64,000 nucleotides of DNA from Thiotrichaceae bacterium UBA4486 (GCA_002389045.1 DGNS01000005.1:113843-177842); one strand, 5' to 3'. Numbered from the stretch's first letter, positions 9,206 to 19,491 are shown. A program made the numbers and translations. Notes: a model not told the origin generated them from the letters alone.

Positions 9206-9868
9206 ATGTCTATACGGATTGGTGATGAAGCTCCTGATTTTACGGCCCGGACAACCGAAGGGGAGATCCGCTTTCATGAATGGATTGGCGATAGCTGGGC
9301 TATTCTTTTTTCACATCCCAAGGATTTTACGCCTGTGTGTACCACGGAACTCGGCTATATGGCCAGACTGAAACCGGAGTTTGACAAACGCAATTGCAAA
9401 ATCATCGGACTCAGTATCGACTCTGTTGAGGATCACGAGGCCTGGAAAAGCGACATCGAGGAGACCCAGGGCGCAGCTGTGAACTACCCGATGATCGGTG
9501 ATACGGATCTGGGTGTCGCCAAGCTCTATGATATGATTCATCCCAATGCTTCGGGTGACGCCGGCAAACGTAGCGCTGTAGACAATGCCACCATCCGCTC
9601 GGTCTTTATTATCGGGCCGGATAAAAAGGTCAAGGTGATTCTGACGTACCCCATGAGTACGGGGCGGAATTTTGATGAAGTCCTGCGGGTCCTGGATTCA
9701 TGCCAGTTGACGGCGAAACACAAGGTTGCAACCCCGGTAAACTGGCAGCAGGGTGACGACGTCATTATAGTACCGGCAGTCCCGGATGATGAGGCCAAAC
9801 AGAAATTTCCCGGGGGTTGGGATGCACCGAAACCCTACCTGCGTATAGTCTCCCAGCCTGAAGACTGA
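9206..9868 (+). CDS. 1-Cys peroxiredoxin (Prx6 family)
   Basis: FSHPKDFTPVCTTE, YPMSTGRNFDE, VATPVNW; GGAGG RBS at 9193-9197. Confidence 0.95.
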   Translation: MSIRIGDEAPDFTARTTEGEIRFHEWIGDSWAILFSHPKDFTPVCTTELGYMARLKPEFDKRNCKIIGLSIDSVEDHEAWKSDIEETQGAAVNYPMIGDTDLGVAKLYDMIHPNASGDAGKRSAVDNATIRSVFIIGPDKKVKVILTYPMSTGRNFDEVLRVLDSCQLTAKHKVATPVNWQQGDDVIIVPAVPDDEAKQKFPGGWDAPKPYLRIVSQPED

Positions 9869-9937
9869 ATATTCACCAGACCTGCCGATAATACGCATTA
9901 TCCGTATAATCCGGATGATGCGTATATTCCTTGATTC

Positions 9938-10783
9938 ATGTTAACGACAAAAAACCACAGCCGTGACGCGGCCGGCATGACCTATGTATACCCGGTTCTG
10001 TCCCGGCGATCCGGGGGGCTGTCCGTCGGTATCAATCTCAATCCCGATAATGCCTGTAACTGGCGCTGCATTTATTGCCAGGTACCGAATCTGCAGCGTG
10101 GCAGTGCACCGCCTGTCAATATCGTGCAACTGGCTTCCGAGTTGCGACAGATACTTGACAGCGTCAGGGACGGATCCTTTTATCAGCAATTCGGCATGGC
10201 CAGGGATCTGGCATCAATACGCGACATCGCCATCTCCGGAAACGGCGAATCGACTACCGCGCTGGAATTCGCCCAGGTGGTCGATCGAATCGCCAGCATC
10301 CATGCCGAATATCAACTTCACCCCGATACACGCGTAGTACTCATAACCAATGGCAGTATGGTTCACCAGCCCCGGGTGCAGGCGGGGCTGGCCCGGTTGC
10401 GGGTTCTCGATGGTGAAGTCTGGTTCAAGCTCGATAGTGTCACCCGGGCGGGGATCCAGCGTATTAATCACGCAGCTTTGACACCGGCACGGGTGCGCCG
10501 CAACCTGACCCTGTGCGCGGGCCTCTGTGATACCTGGATTCAGAGCTGTTTCTTCAAATACCATGATTTACCGCCCGCGGAGGATGAAATCCAGGCATAC
10601 CTGGATTTTATAGCCTCCCTGCTGGACGACAGCGTCGATCTCAAAGGCGTGCAGCTCTACGGTATCGAGCGCGATTCCATGCAGCCTGAGGCCGCACAAC
10701 TCGGTAAACTCGACGTGGACTGGTTTGCAGCGCTTGCCCGGCGGCTGCGGGCCCTGGGGTTGATGGTAGTTGTCAAGGTTTAA
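9938..10783 (+). CDS. Radical SAM protein of unknown function
   Basis: CNWRCIYC motif; YVYPVLSRRSGGLSVGINL; SGNGEST; LITNG. Confidence 0.88.
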   Translation: MLTTKNHSRDAAGMTYVYPVLSRRSGGLSVGINLNPDNACNWRCIYCQVPNLQRGSAPPVNIVQLASELRQILDSVRDGSFYQQFGMARDLASIRDIAISGNGESTTALEFAQVVDRIASIHAEYQLHPDTRVVLITNGSMVHQPRVQAGLARLRVLDGEVWFKLDSVTRAGIQRINHAALTPARVRRNLTLCAGLCDTWIQSCFFKYHDLPPAEDEIQAYLDFIASLLDDSVDLKGVQLYGIERDSMQPEAAQLGKLDVDWFAALARRLRALGLMVVVKV

Positions 10784-10884
10784 ACCACTTTATTACGGTT
10801 AGGCGATAAATATATGAGTTAACTTATTGATATATAAATATAAAAAAAATTTCACACAATGTCCTGAAAAAAGAGATATAAATG

Positions 10885-10921
10885 TTGCATTGCAAAAACA
10901 AGATGGCTATACTGCATCGCA
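10885..10921 (+). promoter_or_regulatory. Sigma-70 promoter of the phasin gene overlapped by two TGC-N3-GCA (PhaR-type) boxes
   Basis: TTGCAT-N17-TATACT; TGCATTGCA at 10886-10894 and TGCATCGCA at 10913-10921. Confidence 0.6.
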
Positions 10922-10952
10922 ACATAGTAACCAATCACTCAGGAGATTGAAC

Positions 10953-11267
10953 ATGAATGCATCATTTGAAAAGTATCTGGCTCCGGTAAAAGCCATCAAT
11001 GAACTCACCGTGAACAACGTTGAAAAGGTTATCAATCACCAGGTCAAGGCTATCAATGAGAATGCCAAAATCGGTGTGGATTCCCTGAAAGCGGCTGCCA
11101 ATGTGACCGACCTCGAAAGCTGGAAAGCTTACGTAACCGCTCAGATTGAAGTGGCTCGCAACGCCTCGGAAGCCGCTGTCAGCGACGCCAAGGCCTATGC
11201 GGAAATGGGTCAGGCCTATAGCAACGAAGTACGCGGTATTCTGGAGAACGCAGTTACCGCCAAATAA
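10953..11267 (+). CDS. phaP: Phasin (PHA granule-associated protein)
   Basis: AGGAG RBS; 104-aa Ala-rich amphipathic helices of Phasin_2 type (ELTVNNVEKVINHQV...DLESWKAY). Confidence 0.75.
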   Translation: MNASFEKYLAPVKAINELTVNNVEKVINHQVKAINENAKIGVDSLKAAANVTDLESWKAYVTAQIEVARNASEAAVSDAKAYAEMGQAYSNEVRGILENAVTAK

Positions 11268-11323
11268 GCCTATACAAGACTTCCCTCCTCTTTGGCAGTG
11301 TACTCTGCCAACGTGAAAAGCTG

Positions 11324-11350
11324 AGCCGCCCGCAAGGGCGGCTTTTTTTT
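11324..11350 (+). terminator. Rho-independent terminator
   Basis: AGCCGCCC-GCAA-GGGCGGCT followed by a T run. Confidence 0.9.
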
Positions 11351-11378
11351 CGCTCAGGTTTCCCGGGCTGCTGTTGAT

Positions 11379-11981
11379 TTACCGGTTGAACAGGGTGAGA
11401 AATTCTCCATAACCCTCATGTTCGAGATTTTCTTTTGGTATAAACCGTAGTGAAGCGGAGTTGATGCAGTAGCGTAATCCTGTCGGAGCCGGCCCATCCT
11501 CGAACACGTGCCCGAGGTGTGAATCACCCAGGCTGCTGCGCAGTTCGGTGCGCAGCGAAAACCAGCTGCGATCCTCGCGCGTAAGCATGGCGTCCTGGTG
11601 TACGGGCCGGGTAAAACTCGGCCAGCCGGTACCGGATTTGTACTTATCCGTGGAGCTGAACAGGGGCTCCCCTGAAACGATATCCACGTAGATCCCATCA
11701 CGCTTGTTATCCCAGTATTCATTCCGGAATGGCCGCTCCGTGCCATCTTCCTGGGTGACACGGTATTGTAAGGGTGTCAGCATATTTTCCAGTTTTTCCC
11801 TGGAAGGCCTGTTGTAACCGGGATGTCTTGCCCGCCATGCTTCATAGGCCGCGGCGGTCTGCTCATTGACAGGATGTACCGCCACTAAAGCAGATTGCTG
11901 ATCTTTGGCCCGGCTGCCGGGGTTTATAGTTCCGATTACTAACCCGACAGCCAGAACGGGTAACCATCGTTTGAGTGTCAT
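11379..11981 (-). CDS. msrB: Peptide-methionine (R)-S-oxide reductase with signal peptide
   Basis: [41 protein letters not shown]; GGAG RBS before [13 protein letters not shown]. Confidence 0.93.
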   Translation of the reverse strand: MTLKRWLPVLAVGLVIGTINPGSRAKDQQSALVAVHPVNEQTAAAYEAWRARHPGYNRPSREKLENMLTPLQYRVTQEDGTERPFRNEYWDNKRDGIYVDIVSGEPLFSSTDKYKSGTGWPSFTRPVHQDAMLTREDRSWFSLRTELRSSLGDSHLGHVFEDGPAPTGLRYCINSASLRFIPKENLEHEGYGEFLTLFNR

Positions 11982-12198
11982 GGATTGTCTCCGCTTTGTG
12001 GATGGTTTATCAGACTGGACAAATGGCCGGCAGTTCATAGCCGTTGTGTCATCAGCCATTCTGTGGTCGTCCTGAATGCATCCAGTTACAAACCCGAAAA
12101 AAGAATGACAATAGCTAACCCGATTCACAAACATCGGCGTTCAAGGATGACAGGGCAGTATGAGAGCCTGATAATTCAACCTCGACACGGAGAACAAC

Positions 12199-13656
12199 AT
12201 GAAGAAAACATCTACCCGGCAATTAAAGCATACCGTATTGGCCACATACCTCTGTCTCGCCAGTGTTACGGGGCAGGGCGCAGAGCCCGAGATACGGACC
12301 GATCTGTCCGACCAGACCTCGGTGGCGGTCACCATTTACAACGAGAACCTGGCGCTGGTCAAGGACGCCCGCAATGTGGCGCTGGATCCAGGCTTGAACC
12401 GCCTGGCCTTTCGCGGCGTCAGCGCACGCATGCGGCCGGAAACTGCGTTACTCAGGAGTATAGGCGATAGCGGCAAACTCGATATGATCGAGCAGAATTT
12501 TGATTTTGACTTGCTGACACCACAGAAATTGCTGGAGAAATACGTGGGTGAGTCGATCCGTATTGCCAGCATGAACCCTGCCACCGGCGAGGAAACCATC
12601 GAAGAGGCCGTGGTGCTCAGCACCAACAACGGCGTGGTTCTGCGCATCGGTGATCGCATTGAAACCAATCCCGGCGGGCGCTATATCTTTGACCGGGTAC
12701 CCGAGAATCTGCGCGATAAACCCACCCTGGTCATCCAGTTGGAAAATTCGGTGGCGGGCGAGCAACCCGTCGAATTGAGTTATCTCACCGCTGGCCTGTC
12801 GTGGAAGGCGGATTACGTGGCTGAGCTCAATCCTGCTGATGACCGGCTTGATTTGCTGGGCTGGGTAACACTGAATAATGTCAGTGGCGCCACCTATACC
12901 AACGCCAGGTTGCAACTGGTGGCCGGGGATGTCAACCAGGTACGCGAACATCTGCCTGTCATGACCAAAATGGCCCGTTCCGAGATGGTGATGGCGGATG
13001 CCGGGGCCAATATGCAGGAGGAAAGCCTGTTCGAGTACCATCTTTATACGCTTAATCGTCCGACAACGATTGCCGACAACCAGACCAAGCAGGTGTCACT
13101 GTTGACCGCCGCCAACGTTCCCGTGACCAAACAGTTTCTGCTTGAAGGCAGTGACTATTACTACCGCAGCAGTTATGGCGATATTGGCCAGAAAATAAAA
13201 ATTGGCGTCTTCGTGAAATTCAGAAACGACGAGGAATCGGGTCTGGGGCTGCCGTTGCCCAAAGGCATCGTCCGCGTGTACAAAAAAGACAGTGCCGGTA
13301 ATGCACAGTTTGTCGGTGAAGATCGTATTGATCACACCCCGAAAAAAGAAGACATCAAACTGAAGCTGGGTGATGCCTTTGATATTACCGCCAGCAAGAA
13401 GCAGACGGATTTTCAGAAGCGTAACGCCTTTGGGCAGTACGACCATGCCTTCGAAAGCGCTTATGAAATCGAGTTGAAAAATGCCAAGTCCGAAGCCGTA
13501 ACAGTCGTAGTACGTGAACCGGTACCTGGTGACTGGAAGATGATCGAGGAGAGCAGCGAACATCGCAAGGTGGCCTCGGGAACGGCCGAGTGGCGCATCA
13601 GCATCCCGCCCGAATCCAGCATCACCCACAGCTACCGCGTTCTGGTCCGATATTGA
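12199..13656 (+). CDS. Secreted DUF4139-domain protein
   Basis: Signal peptide; VTIYNENLALVKD, EQNFDFDLL, LSYLTAGLSWKADY, LFEYHLY. Confidence 0.8.
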   Translation: MKKTSTRQLKHTVLATYLCLASVTGQGAEPEIRTDLSDQTSVAVTIYNENLALVKDARNVALDPGLNRLAFRGVSARMRPETALLRSIGDSGKLDMIEQNFDFDLLTPQKLLEKYVGESIRIASMNPATGEETIEEAVVLSTNNGVVLRIGDRIETNPGGRYIFDRVPENLRDKPTLVIQLENSVAGEQPVELSYLTAGLSWKADYVAELNPADDRLDLLGWVTLNNVSGATYTNARLQLVAGDVNQVREHLPVMTKMARSEMVMADAGANMQEESLFEYHLYTLNRPTTIADNQTKQVSLLTAANVPVTKQFLLEGSDYYYRSSYGDIGQKIKIGVFVKFRNDEESGLGLPLPKGIVRVYKKDSAGNAQFVGEDRIDHTPKKEDIKLKLGDAFDITASKKQTDFQKRNAFGQYDHAFESAYEIELKNAKSEAVTVVVREPVPGDWKMIEESSEHRKVASGTAEWRISIPPESSITHSYRVLVRY

Positions 13657-13805
13657 ATCCTGCTACTGAATAGCCTGCGTATGTGTAACGGTCAGGATGT
13701 CATAAGTGCTTGCCGGCCAGCTGATGGATATGGTTGTGTAACATGATGACGTTCAATTCAATGACTTGATCGAGAGAGCCTGGCTCCGCAATATGTGATC
13801 GCGGA

Positions 13806-14291
13806 TCATTTCACGCGTTGGCCGTGCTGGAATTCAATTTGCCTGCTTTGGCCGTCGGGTGTGACGACGGTCATCGTGCCATGCGGCAACCCCTCGTGAT
13901 AGGTCCCTTCCAGCCGTTTGCCGTCGCTGGAAATAATCACGCCCTGCCCATGCATCCTGTTATTTCTGAATTCTCCTTCGTAGCGGGAATTATCGGGTGA
14001 GGCCAGAATGCCGTAGCCGTGGGCCTTGCCCTGTCGCATTTCTCCCTGGTAGGTGCTGAAAGGTATGCCGTCGATGAGAATCTCGAGCTGGCCCTCCCCA
14101 CTGGCCCTGCCATCCACGCAATCTCCCGACCAGAACACCGAAACAAGCGGTTGATCCTGTTCGCCATAGACCCGGCATCCGGTCTCAGGATCGGTGAACC
14201 AGACACCTTCCGCCTGCGCATTACTGAGCAGGCCCTGGCAGAGCAGGATAAGCAGAATACGCTGTATATTTGTCAACAGATCCATTTTCAC
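13806..14291 (-). CDS. Secreted MORN-repeat protein
   Basis: WSGDCVDGRASGEG, YQGEMRQGKAHGYG, YEGEFRNNRMHGQG. Confidence 0.85.
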   Translation of the reverse strand: MKMDLLTNIQRILLILLCQGLLSNAQAEGVWFTDPETGCRVYGEQDQPLVSVFWSGDCVDGRASGEGQLEILIDGIPFSTYQGEMRQGKAHGYGILASPDNSRYEGEFRNNRMHGQGVIISSDGKRLEGTYHEGLPHGTMTVVTPDGQSRQIEFQHGQRVK

Positions 14292-14378
14292 AACCTAGCA
14301 CAATCGCAGACGAATCACAGGGCCATTCAATGCTAGACTTGGTCCTGTTGAAACCATGAAATACAAGAGGAGGGGGTT

Positions 14379-14945
14379 ATGTGGTTGCTGATTTCCGGAC
14401 TTTGTGTCTGGGTGGCCGTTCATTCGTTTCCAGCCGTGGCTGTAGAACAAAGGGCAAGGCTGGTGCGCAATCTGGGACTGGGACCGTACAAGGGTTTGTT
14501 TGCCCTGGGCATACTTATATCGATCATACTCATCGTTCTTGGCTGGCGCTCTACTGAGCCGGTTTTCCTTTACCAGTTACCTGCCGCTACCCGGCACCTG
14601 ACTTTTCTGCTGGTATTGATAACGTTTGTACTGTTCGTCGCTGCGCGGACTCGCAACAGTATCAAGCGCTATTTACGCCATCCCCAGCTCACGGGAGTGG
14701 TGTTATGGAGTATAGGTCACCTGCTGGTCAACGGTGACAGCCGCTCGCTGATCCTGTTCGGCGTGCTCGGGCTCTGGGCCATCCTGGAAATGGTCATGAT
14801 CAACCGGCGCGAAGGTGTCCGGGTAAAGCCCGAACCCGTGACTGTCACAAAAAATCTCGCTGTAATCATTGCTGGAGTGGTGTTATTTGCCGTTCTATTG
14901 TGGCTGCATCCATGGATTGCGGGTGTACGGCTCATCCCTGCATAA
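14379..14945 (+). CDS. NnrU-family membrane protein
   Basis: LRHPQLTGVVLWSIGHLLVNGD motif; several TM segments. Confidence 0.85.
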   Translation: MWLLISGLCVWVAVHSFPAVAVEQRARLVRNLGLGPYKGLFALGILISIILIVLGWRSTEPVFLYQLPAATRHLTFLLVLITFVLFVAARTRNSIKRYLRHPQLTGVVLWSIGHLLVNGDSRSLILFGVLGLWAILEMVMINRREGVRVKPEPVTVTKNLAVIIAGVVLFAVLLWLHPWIAGVRLIPA

Positions 14946-14964
14946 CAGCGGTTAACAAATCTGT

Positions 14965-16413
14965 ATGCCTTCAGTACTCGTCTGGCTGCGTAATGATCTG
15001 CGGCTGGAAGATAACCCCGCCCTTTACCACGCGGCCAGGACCGGCTTGCCGCTGATCCCGCTGTATATTCTCGAAGATATATCCCGTGCCCACTGGCCGC
15101 CGGGCAGCGCCGGCAGGGTCTGGCTGCATCACTCGCTGAATTCGCTGCAACAGCAATTCAGATGCAAGGGATCGCGCCTGCTGCTGCGCATCGGTAATCC
15201 CCTCGATATTATACGGTCGCTGCTTGAAGAGACCGGTGCAACATCGGTGTACTGGAATCGGCGTTACGAGCCCGTACAGGTGAAAATCGACCAGGCATTG
15301 AAGACCGCACTGTGTGAGGCGGGATACACGGCAGAGAGTTTCCCCGGTAACCTGCTTCGTGAACCGCATGAAATAGCCAACAAACAGGGCAATCCCTACA
15401 AGGTCTTTACGCCGTTCTGGAAAGCATACCAGGCCATGGGTGATCCGGTGACACCGCTGCCGGCGCCGAAAAAACTCGCTGCACCGAAATCCTGGCCCGG
15501 CAGCACCAGCACCAGCTTGAACGAACTGGGATTACTGCCTGCTGTTCGCTGGGATAAAAGTATTCATGATACCTGGCAAGCGGGATCCGTTGGCGCCGAA
15601 GCGATGTTTAAATCCTTTTTAAAGCGCATCGATGATTACGATGAGGATCGCAATTTTCCGCATCGTGACGGTGTCTCACGTATGTCGCCCTATCTGCACT
15701 TCGGCGAAATTTCCGCCCGCATGATCTGGCACGGGGTTTTGCAACGGGAGAGCCGGGAAGGGCGGATGACGCCCTCGGCACGGGTTATGAACTATTTACG
15801 GCAACTGGTCTGGCGTGAGTTCGCCCATCACCTGTTATTTCACTTCCCTCATAGCAGCGATAAACCCCTGCGCCCGGAATTTGCGGCCTTTCCCTGGCGT
15901 ACCGGCAGGCAACAATTATACGCCTGGCAGCACGGCCTGACCGGTTACCCCATCGTCGATGCCGGCATGCGGGAACTCTGGCATAGCGGCTGGATGCATA
16001 ACCGGGTACGCATGATCGTGGCGTCCTTCCTGGTCAAGGATTTACTCATTCACTGGCGTGAAGGGGCAAAATGGTTCTGGGATACCCTGGTCGACGCCGA
16101 TCTGGCCAACAATACACTCGGCTGGCAGTGGGTGGCCGGCAGTGGCGCCGATGCCGCACCGTATTTCCGGATCTTCAACCCGGTCACCCAGTCGGAAAAA
16201 TTCGATGCAGACGGCAACTATATACGCCGCTGGGTGCCGGAACTGTCGGCCCTGGATAATCAATGGATACACAAGCCGTGGCAGGCGCCGGCCGTGCTGC
16301 TGCAGGCGGCCGGAATCACGCTGGGCAGGGAATATCCGCGACCGATAATCGATCATGCCGTGGCACGTCAACGGGCGCTGGCAGCACTGAAATCCATGAA
16401 CGATGCCCGTTAG
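14965..16413 (+). CDS. phrB: Class I CPD DNA photolyase
   Basis: WLRNDLRLEDNPAL, SRMSPYLHFG, TGYPIVDAGMREL, WMHNRVRM, DAAPYFRIFNP. Confidence 0.95.
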   Translation: MPSVLVWLRNDLRLEDNPALYHAARTGLPLIPLYILEDISRAHWPPGSAGRVWLHHSLNSLQQQFRCKGSRLLLRIGNPLDIIRSLLEETGATSVYWNRRYEPVQVKIDQALKTALCEAGYTAESFPGNLLREPHEIANKQGNPYKVFTPFWKAYQAMGDPVTPLPAPKKLAAPKSWPGSTSTSLNELGLLPAVRWDKSIHDTWQAGSVGAEAMFKSFLKRIDDYDEDRNFPHRDGVSRMSPYLHFGEISARMIWHGVLQRESREGRMTPSARVMNYLRQLVWREFAHHLLFHFPHSSDKPLRPEFAAFPWRTGRQQLYAWQHGLTGYPIVDAGMRELWHSGWMHNRVRMIVASFLVKDLLIHWREGAKWFWDTLVDADLANNTLGWQWVAGSGADAAPYFRIFNPVTQSEKFDADGNYIRRWVPELSALDNQWIHKPWQAPAVLLQAAGITLGREYPRPIIDHAVARQRALAALKSMNDAR

Positions 16414-16428
16414 TAAGTGTCTGGCTGA

Positions 16429-16920
16429 CTAAGCAGCTACCTGGCCGAATATCCGGTCGACCCATACCCCGACAAAATGCGCCACGGTGATGACCACCAG
16501 GGTTATGAGGGAATGTTCAATGATGACGGGCAGGGGATGCACCTCCTGGTTGCGGGCTATAAAAAAACTCAGTGCAATAATGATCAGCAGTCCCCAGACA
16601 ATGGCTGTGATAATCGCCGTATCCATAGGCAACAACAGCACAGGCGGCAGGAATGACATGGAGACGGCAAACTTGGAGAGGAATGTAGCCAGCGTCGCCA
16701 TCCAGACCGTACGCGCCGTAGCCCCGGGGTCGGCTTCCTTGGAAAGATGAATGCCGGTCGCATCGGAAGCACCGTCCGCAATCGCAATTAAAATGATACC
16801 GCCGACAACGGCGGTCAGTGACTGCGTGCCCGAGTGCAGGCCGACGATCAGTCCCAGAGTGGTGATTACGCCTGAAGTAAAGCCGAAATACAGTCCGGTG
16901 CGTGTGCCATCGTTATCCAT
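16429..16920 (-). CDS. VIT1/CCC1-like membrane protein
   Basis: FGFTSGVITTLGL, AIADGASDATGIHLSKE; five TM segments. Confidence 0.7.
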   Translation of the reverse strand: MDNDGTRTGLYFGFTSGVITTLGLIVGLHSGTQSLTAVVGGIILIAIADGASDATGIHLSKEADPGATARTVWMATLATFLSKFAVSMSFLPPVLLLPMDTAIITAIVWGLLIIIALSFFIARNQEVHPLPVIIEHSLITLVVITVAHFVGVWVDRIFGQVAA

Positions 16921-17029
16921 GAATCAGATGTCCCGTGTTAACGCAAACCGGATGAAGCACGGCCGGTTCACCGGCAAACATATCCCTGCTCAGGTGAGCC
17001 GGCATGTTCACTTTCATTTTCAAAACCTT

Positions 17030-17566
17030 TCATGCAAGCAGTTCATCGAGTACCCGCGCGTGTAAAGCCCGGTCATTGCCATTATACAGCACAAAGCGGA
17101 TCAGCCTGATTTTCGTCAAATGCCCGGCTTCGTTGATAATCGTGGTGAACGCAATACGGGCTGCCGGTTCCATGGGGAATCCAAAGGCGCCGGTCGATAT
17201 GGCTGGAAAGGCGAGGGAGGCAAGCCCGAATTGTTCTGCCAGGTGCAGGGCATTCCGGTAACAGTTCGAGAGCAGCTCGTCCGCGGGGTCATCCCTGCCG
17301 TAGACCGGCCCGAGCACATGGATGACGTGTTTGTTGGGCAACAGGTGAGCGCCGCTGATAACCGCCTGGCCCGGTCGTATTGGCGCTAATGCCCGGCATT
17401 CTTCTTCCAGTCCGGGGCCGGCGGCATAATGAATGGCCCCGGCCACACCACTACCGATACGCAGTTCGGCATTGGCCGCGTTAACGATTGCTTCTATATC
17501 GGGTTGATTGCTGATATCGCCCTGTATGCATTCGATGATAATACCGTGCTGTAATTTTTTCTGCAT
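17030..17566 (-). CDS. Macro domain protein (YmdB/MacroD-like ADP-ribose hydrolase)
   Basis: GDI, AIVNAAN, GSGVAGAIH, VIHVLGP, AFPAISTGAFGFP. Confidence 0.92.
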   Translation of the reverse strand: MQKKLQHGIIIECIQGDISNQPDIEAIVNAANAELRIGSGVAGAIHYAAGPGLEEECRALAPIRPGQAVISGAHLLPNKHVIHVLGPVYGRDDPADELLSNCYRNALHLAEQFGLASLAFPAISTGAFGFPMEPAARIAFTTIINEAGHLTKIRLIRFVLYNGNDRALHARVLDELLA

Positions 17567-17711
17567 GGTGATCCCGCTATCGGACTGTTTCAAATAGATA
17601 AGCTGTTGTTTAACATGAACAAGGTTGAAATTTAAGGATATTGTCGCCACGCCGGGCGTGATCGGCAAGCGCGGATGAATGGTCTATGATTAGCAGATTG
17701 CCGTATACGCC

Positions 17712-17739
17712 TCAATTCACGGCATGGTACGGCCGATAG
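17712..17739 (+). promoter_or_regulatory. Putative sigma-28 promoter of the GGDEF-EAL gene
   Basis: TCAA-N16-GCCGATAG. Confidence 0.4.
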
Positions 17740-17838
17740 AATGAGCACTACCCCGGGAGAATTTACTGACATGTATCCACACAAGCGGTCTACTGGAGAG
17801 CAAGGGGTTCAGCCCGGCGATAACCCTCCATTTGGCCG

Positions 17839-19491
17839 ATGAATACCACGGAACCACCGGTTGCTCGTGGTATCAACGAGCAGCAGTACAGCATCCTGCA
17901 GTCCAGCGTGTGCAGTAGCAGTTTGTATGGTCTTGCCATCGGTGTCGGCGCATTGATCATCGCGACCTTGATCATAGGTTACCAGTATACCGGTGATTTC
18001 AGTCTTGAAGCCATGTCCAAGGCACACGAAAGCAACATCGGCCTGCGATTTCTTTACCTGATGCCGTTCGTGCTGGCTTTCTGGGGGCAACATTCCGGCA
18101 AGGTCGTGGCCGAACGCGCCGGCGATCTGTTGCAGAAGCAGGGCGACGAGATGCGCCTTGAGACCAGCAACTGGAAACTCAAGTCGTATTACGATGCCAC
18201 TCATGATTCCCTGACCGATTTACCCAATCGTATAGAATTTTACAGCCGGCTGAAGGAAGCCATTCTGCTGGCCGGTCGCGAGGACAATAAACTGGTGCTC
18301 ATGTCTCTTGACCTGGACAGTTTCAAGGATGTTAACGAAGTATACGGCAACCGCTGCGGCGATCTTCTGCTTGTCGGCATAGCCGAGCGTATGCGGGGAT
18401 TGTTATCCGACAATGACCTGGTCAGCCGCACCGGCGGAGACGAGTTTTCCATTCTCTGTACGATCCCGGATTATGCAGTCGGAATCGAGATTGTCGGGCG
18501 TATCCATACGGCGTTTGAAAACGCGTTTGATGTACAGAATGAGAAAGTGGATATCAAGGCGAGTATCGGCCTTGCATATTACCCGGCTAATGGTGATACC
18601 GCCGAGACGCTCATGCAAAAAGCCGAACTGGCCATGCACGCGGCCAAGCAGGTCAGTCGCGGATATATGGAATACAACGCCGAACTCAAGGCCGACAGTA
18701 AACGTCGGGTACTGTTGCTGAAAGATCTGAAAGCAGCCATCGAGGAGGGCGACTTGTCACTGCACTACCAGCCCAAGATTGATTTGAAAACCCGGAGCAT
18801 CAAGGCCGTGGAAGCACTGGTCCGCTGGGAGCATCCCGAACACGGTCGCATTTCGCCGGAAGAATTCATTCCACTGGCCGAACAGAACCGGCTCATTCAG
18901 CCACTCTCTTACTGGGTCACACATACGGCCATTCAGCAGACAAATGACTGGCATCGGCGCGGTATCAATCTGGATATGGCCATAAATATTTCCACGCACG
19001 ATCTGGCTGGCGAGAATTTGCCCTCCATGATCAAGTCCATGCTTGATGAAATGACAATAGCACCGGAACACATAACCCTGGAGATCACCGAGAGCAGCCT
19101 CATGCAGGATCAGCATCATGCCCGCAGCATCATTCAGACGCTCAGCGACCTGGGCCTGCACATTTCTGTTGATGATTTTGGTACCGGCTATTCGTCCCTG
19201 GCCTATCTCAGCCAGTTGTCCGTAGACGAAATCAAGATTGATCAGACCTTTGTCATGGGCATGAACGAACGGGCCCAGGACGCCACTATCGTCAAGGCCA
19301 CCATCGATCTTGCCCATAATCTGGGCAAACGGGTCACCGCCGAGGGCATCGAGGACAGCGAAGCCATGCAGCGCCTGTGCACCTGGAATTGTGATACCGG
19401 ACAGGGTTATTATTTCAGCCCGCCAATGACAGCTTCAGATCTTGAAACCTGGCTGCGGGAATCCGGCTGGCAACGCAAGACCGGGGTGTGA
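17839..19491 (+). CDS. Membrane-anchored GGDEF-EAL protein
   Basis: Two N-terminal TM helices; HDSLTDLPNR, RTGGDEF, VEALVRW, DDFGTGYSSL, AEGIE. Confidence 0.93.
   Translation: MNTTEPPVARGINEQQYSILQSSVCSSSLYGLAIGVGALIIATLIIGYQYTGDFSLEAMSKAHESNIGLRFLYLMPFVLAFWGQHSGKVVAERAGDLLQKQGDEMRLETSNWKLKSYYDATHDSLTDLPNRIEFYSRLKEAILLAGREDNKLVLMSLDLDSFKDVNEVYGNRCGDLLLVGIAERMRGLLSDNDLVSRTGGDEFSILCTIPDYAVGIEIVGRIHTAFENAFDVQNEKVDIKASIGLAYYPANGDTAETLMQKAELAMHAAKQVSRGYMEYNAELKADSKRRVLLLKDLKAAIEEGDLSLHYQPKIDLKTRSIKAVEALVRWEHPEHGRISPEEFIPLAEQNRLIQPLSYWVTHTAIQQTNDWHRRGINLDMAINISTHDLAGENLPSMIKSMLDEMTIAPEHITLEITESSLMQDQHHARSIIQTLSDLGLHISVDDFGTGYSSLAYLSQLSVDEIKIDQTFVMGMNERAQDATIVKATIDLAHNLGKRVTAEGIEDSEAMQRLCTWNCDTGQGYYFSPPMTASDLETWLRESGWQRKTGV

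Noticed and set aside
17741-17842. 33-aa uORF overlapping the GGDEF-EAL start (ATGA)
   Set aside because: No RBS or informative composition; may be chance.
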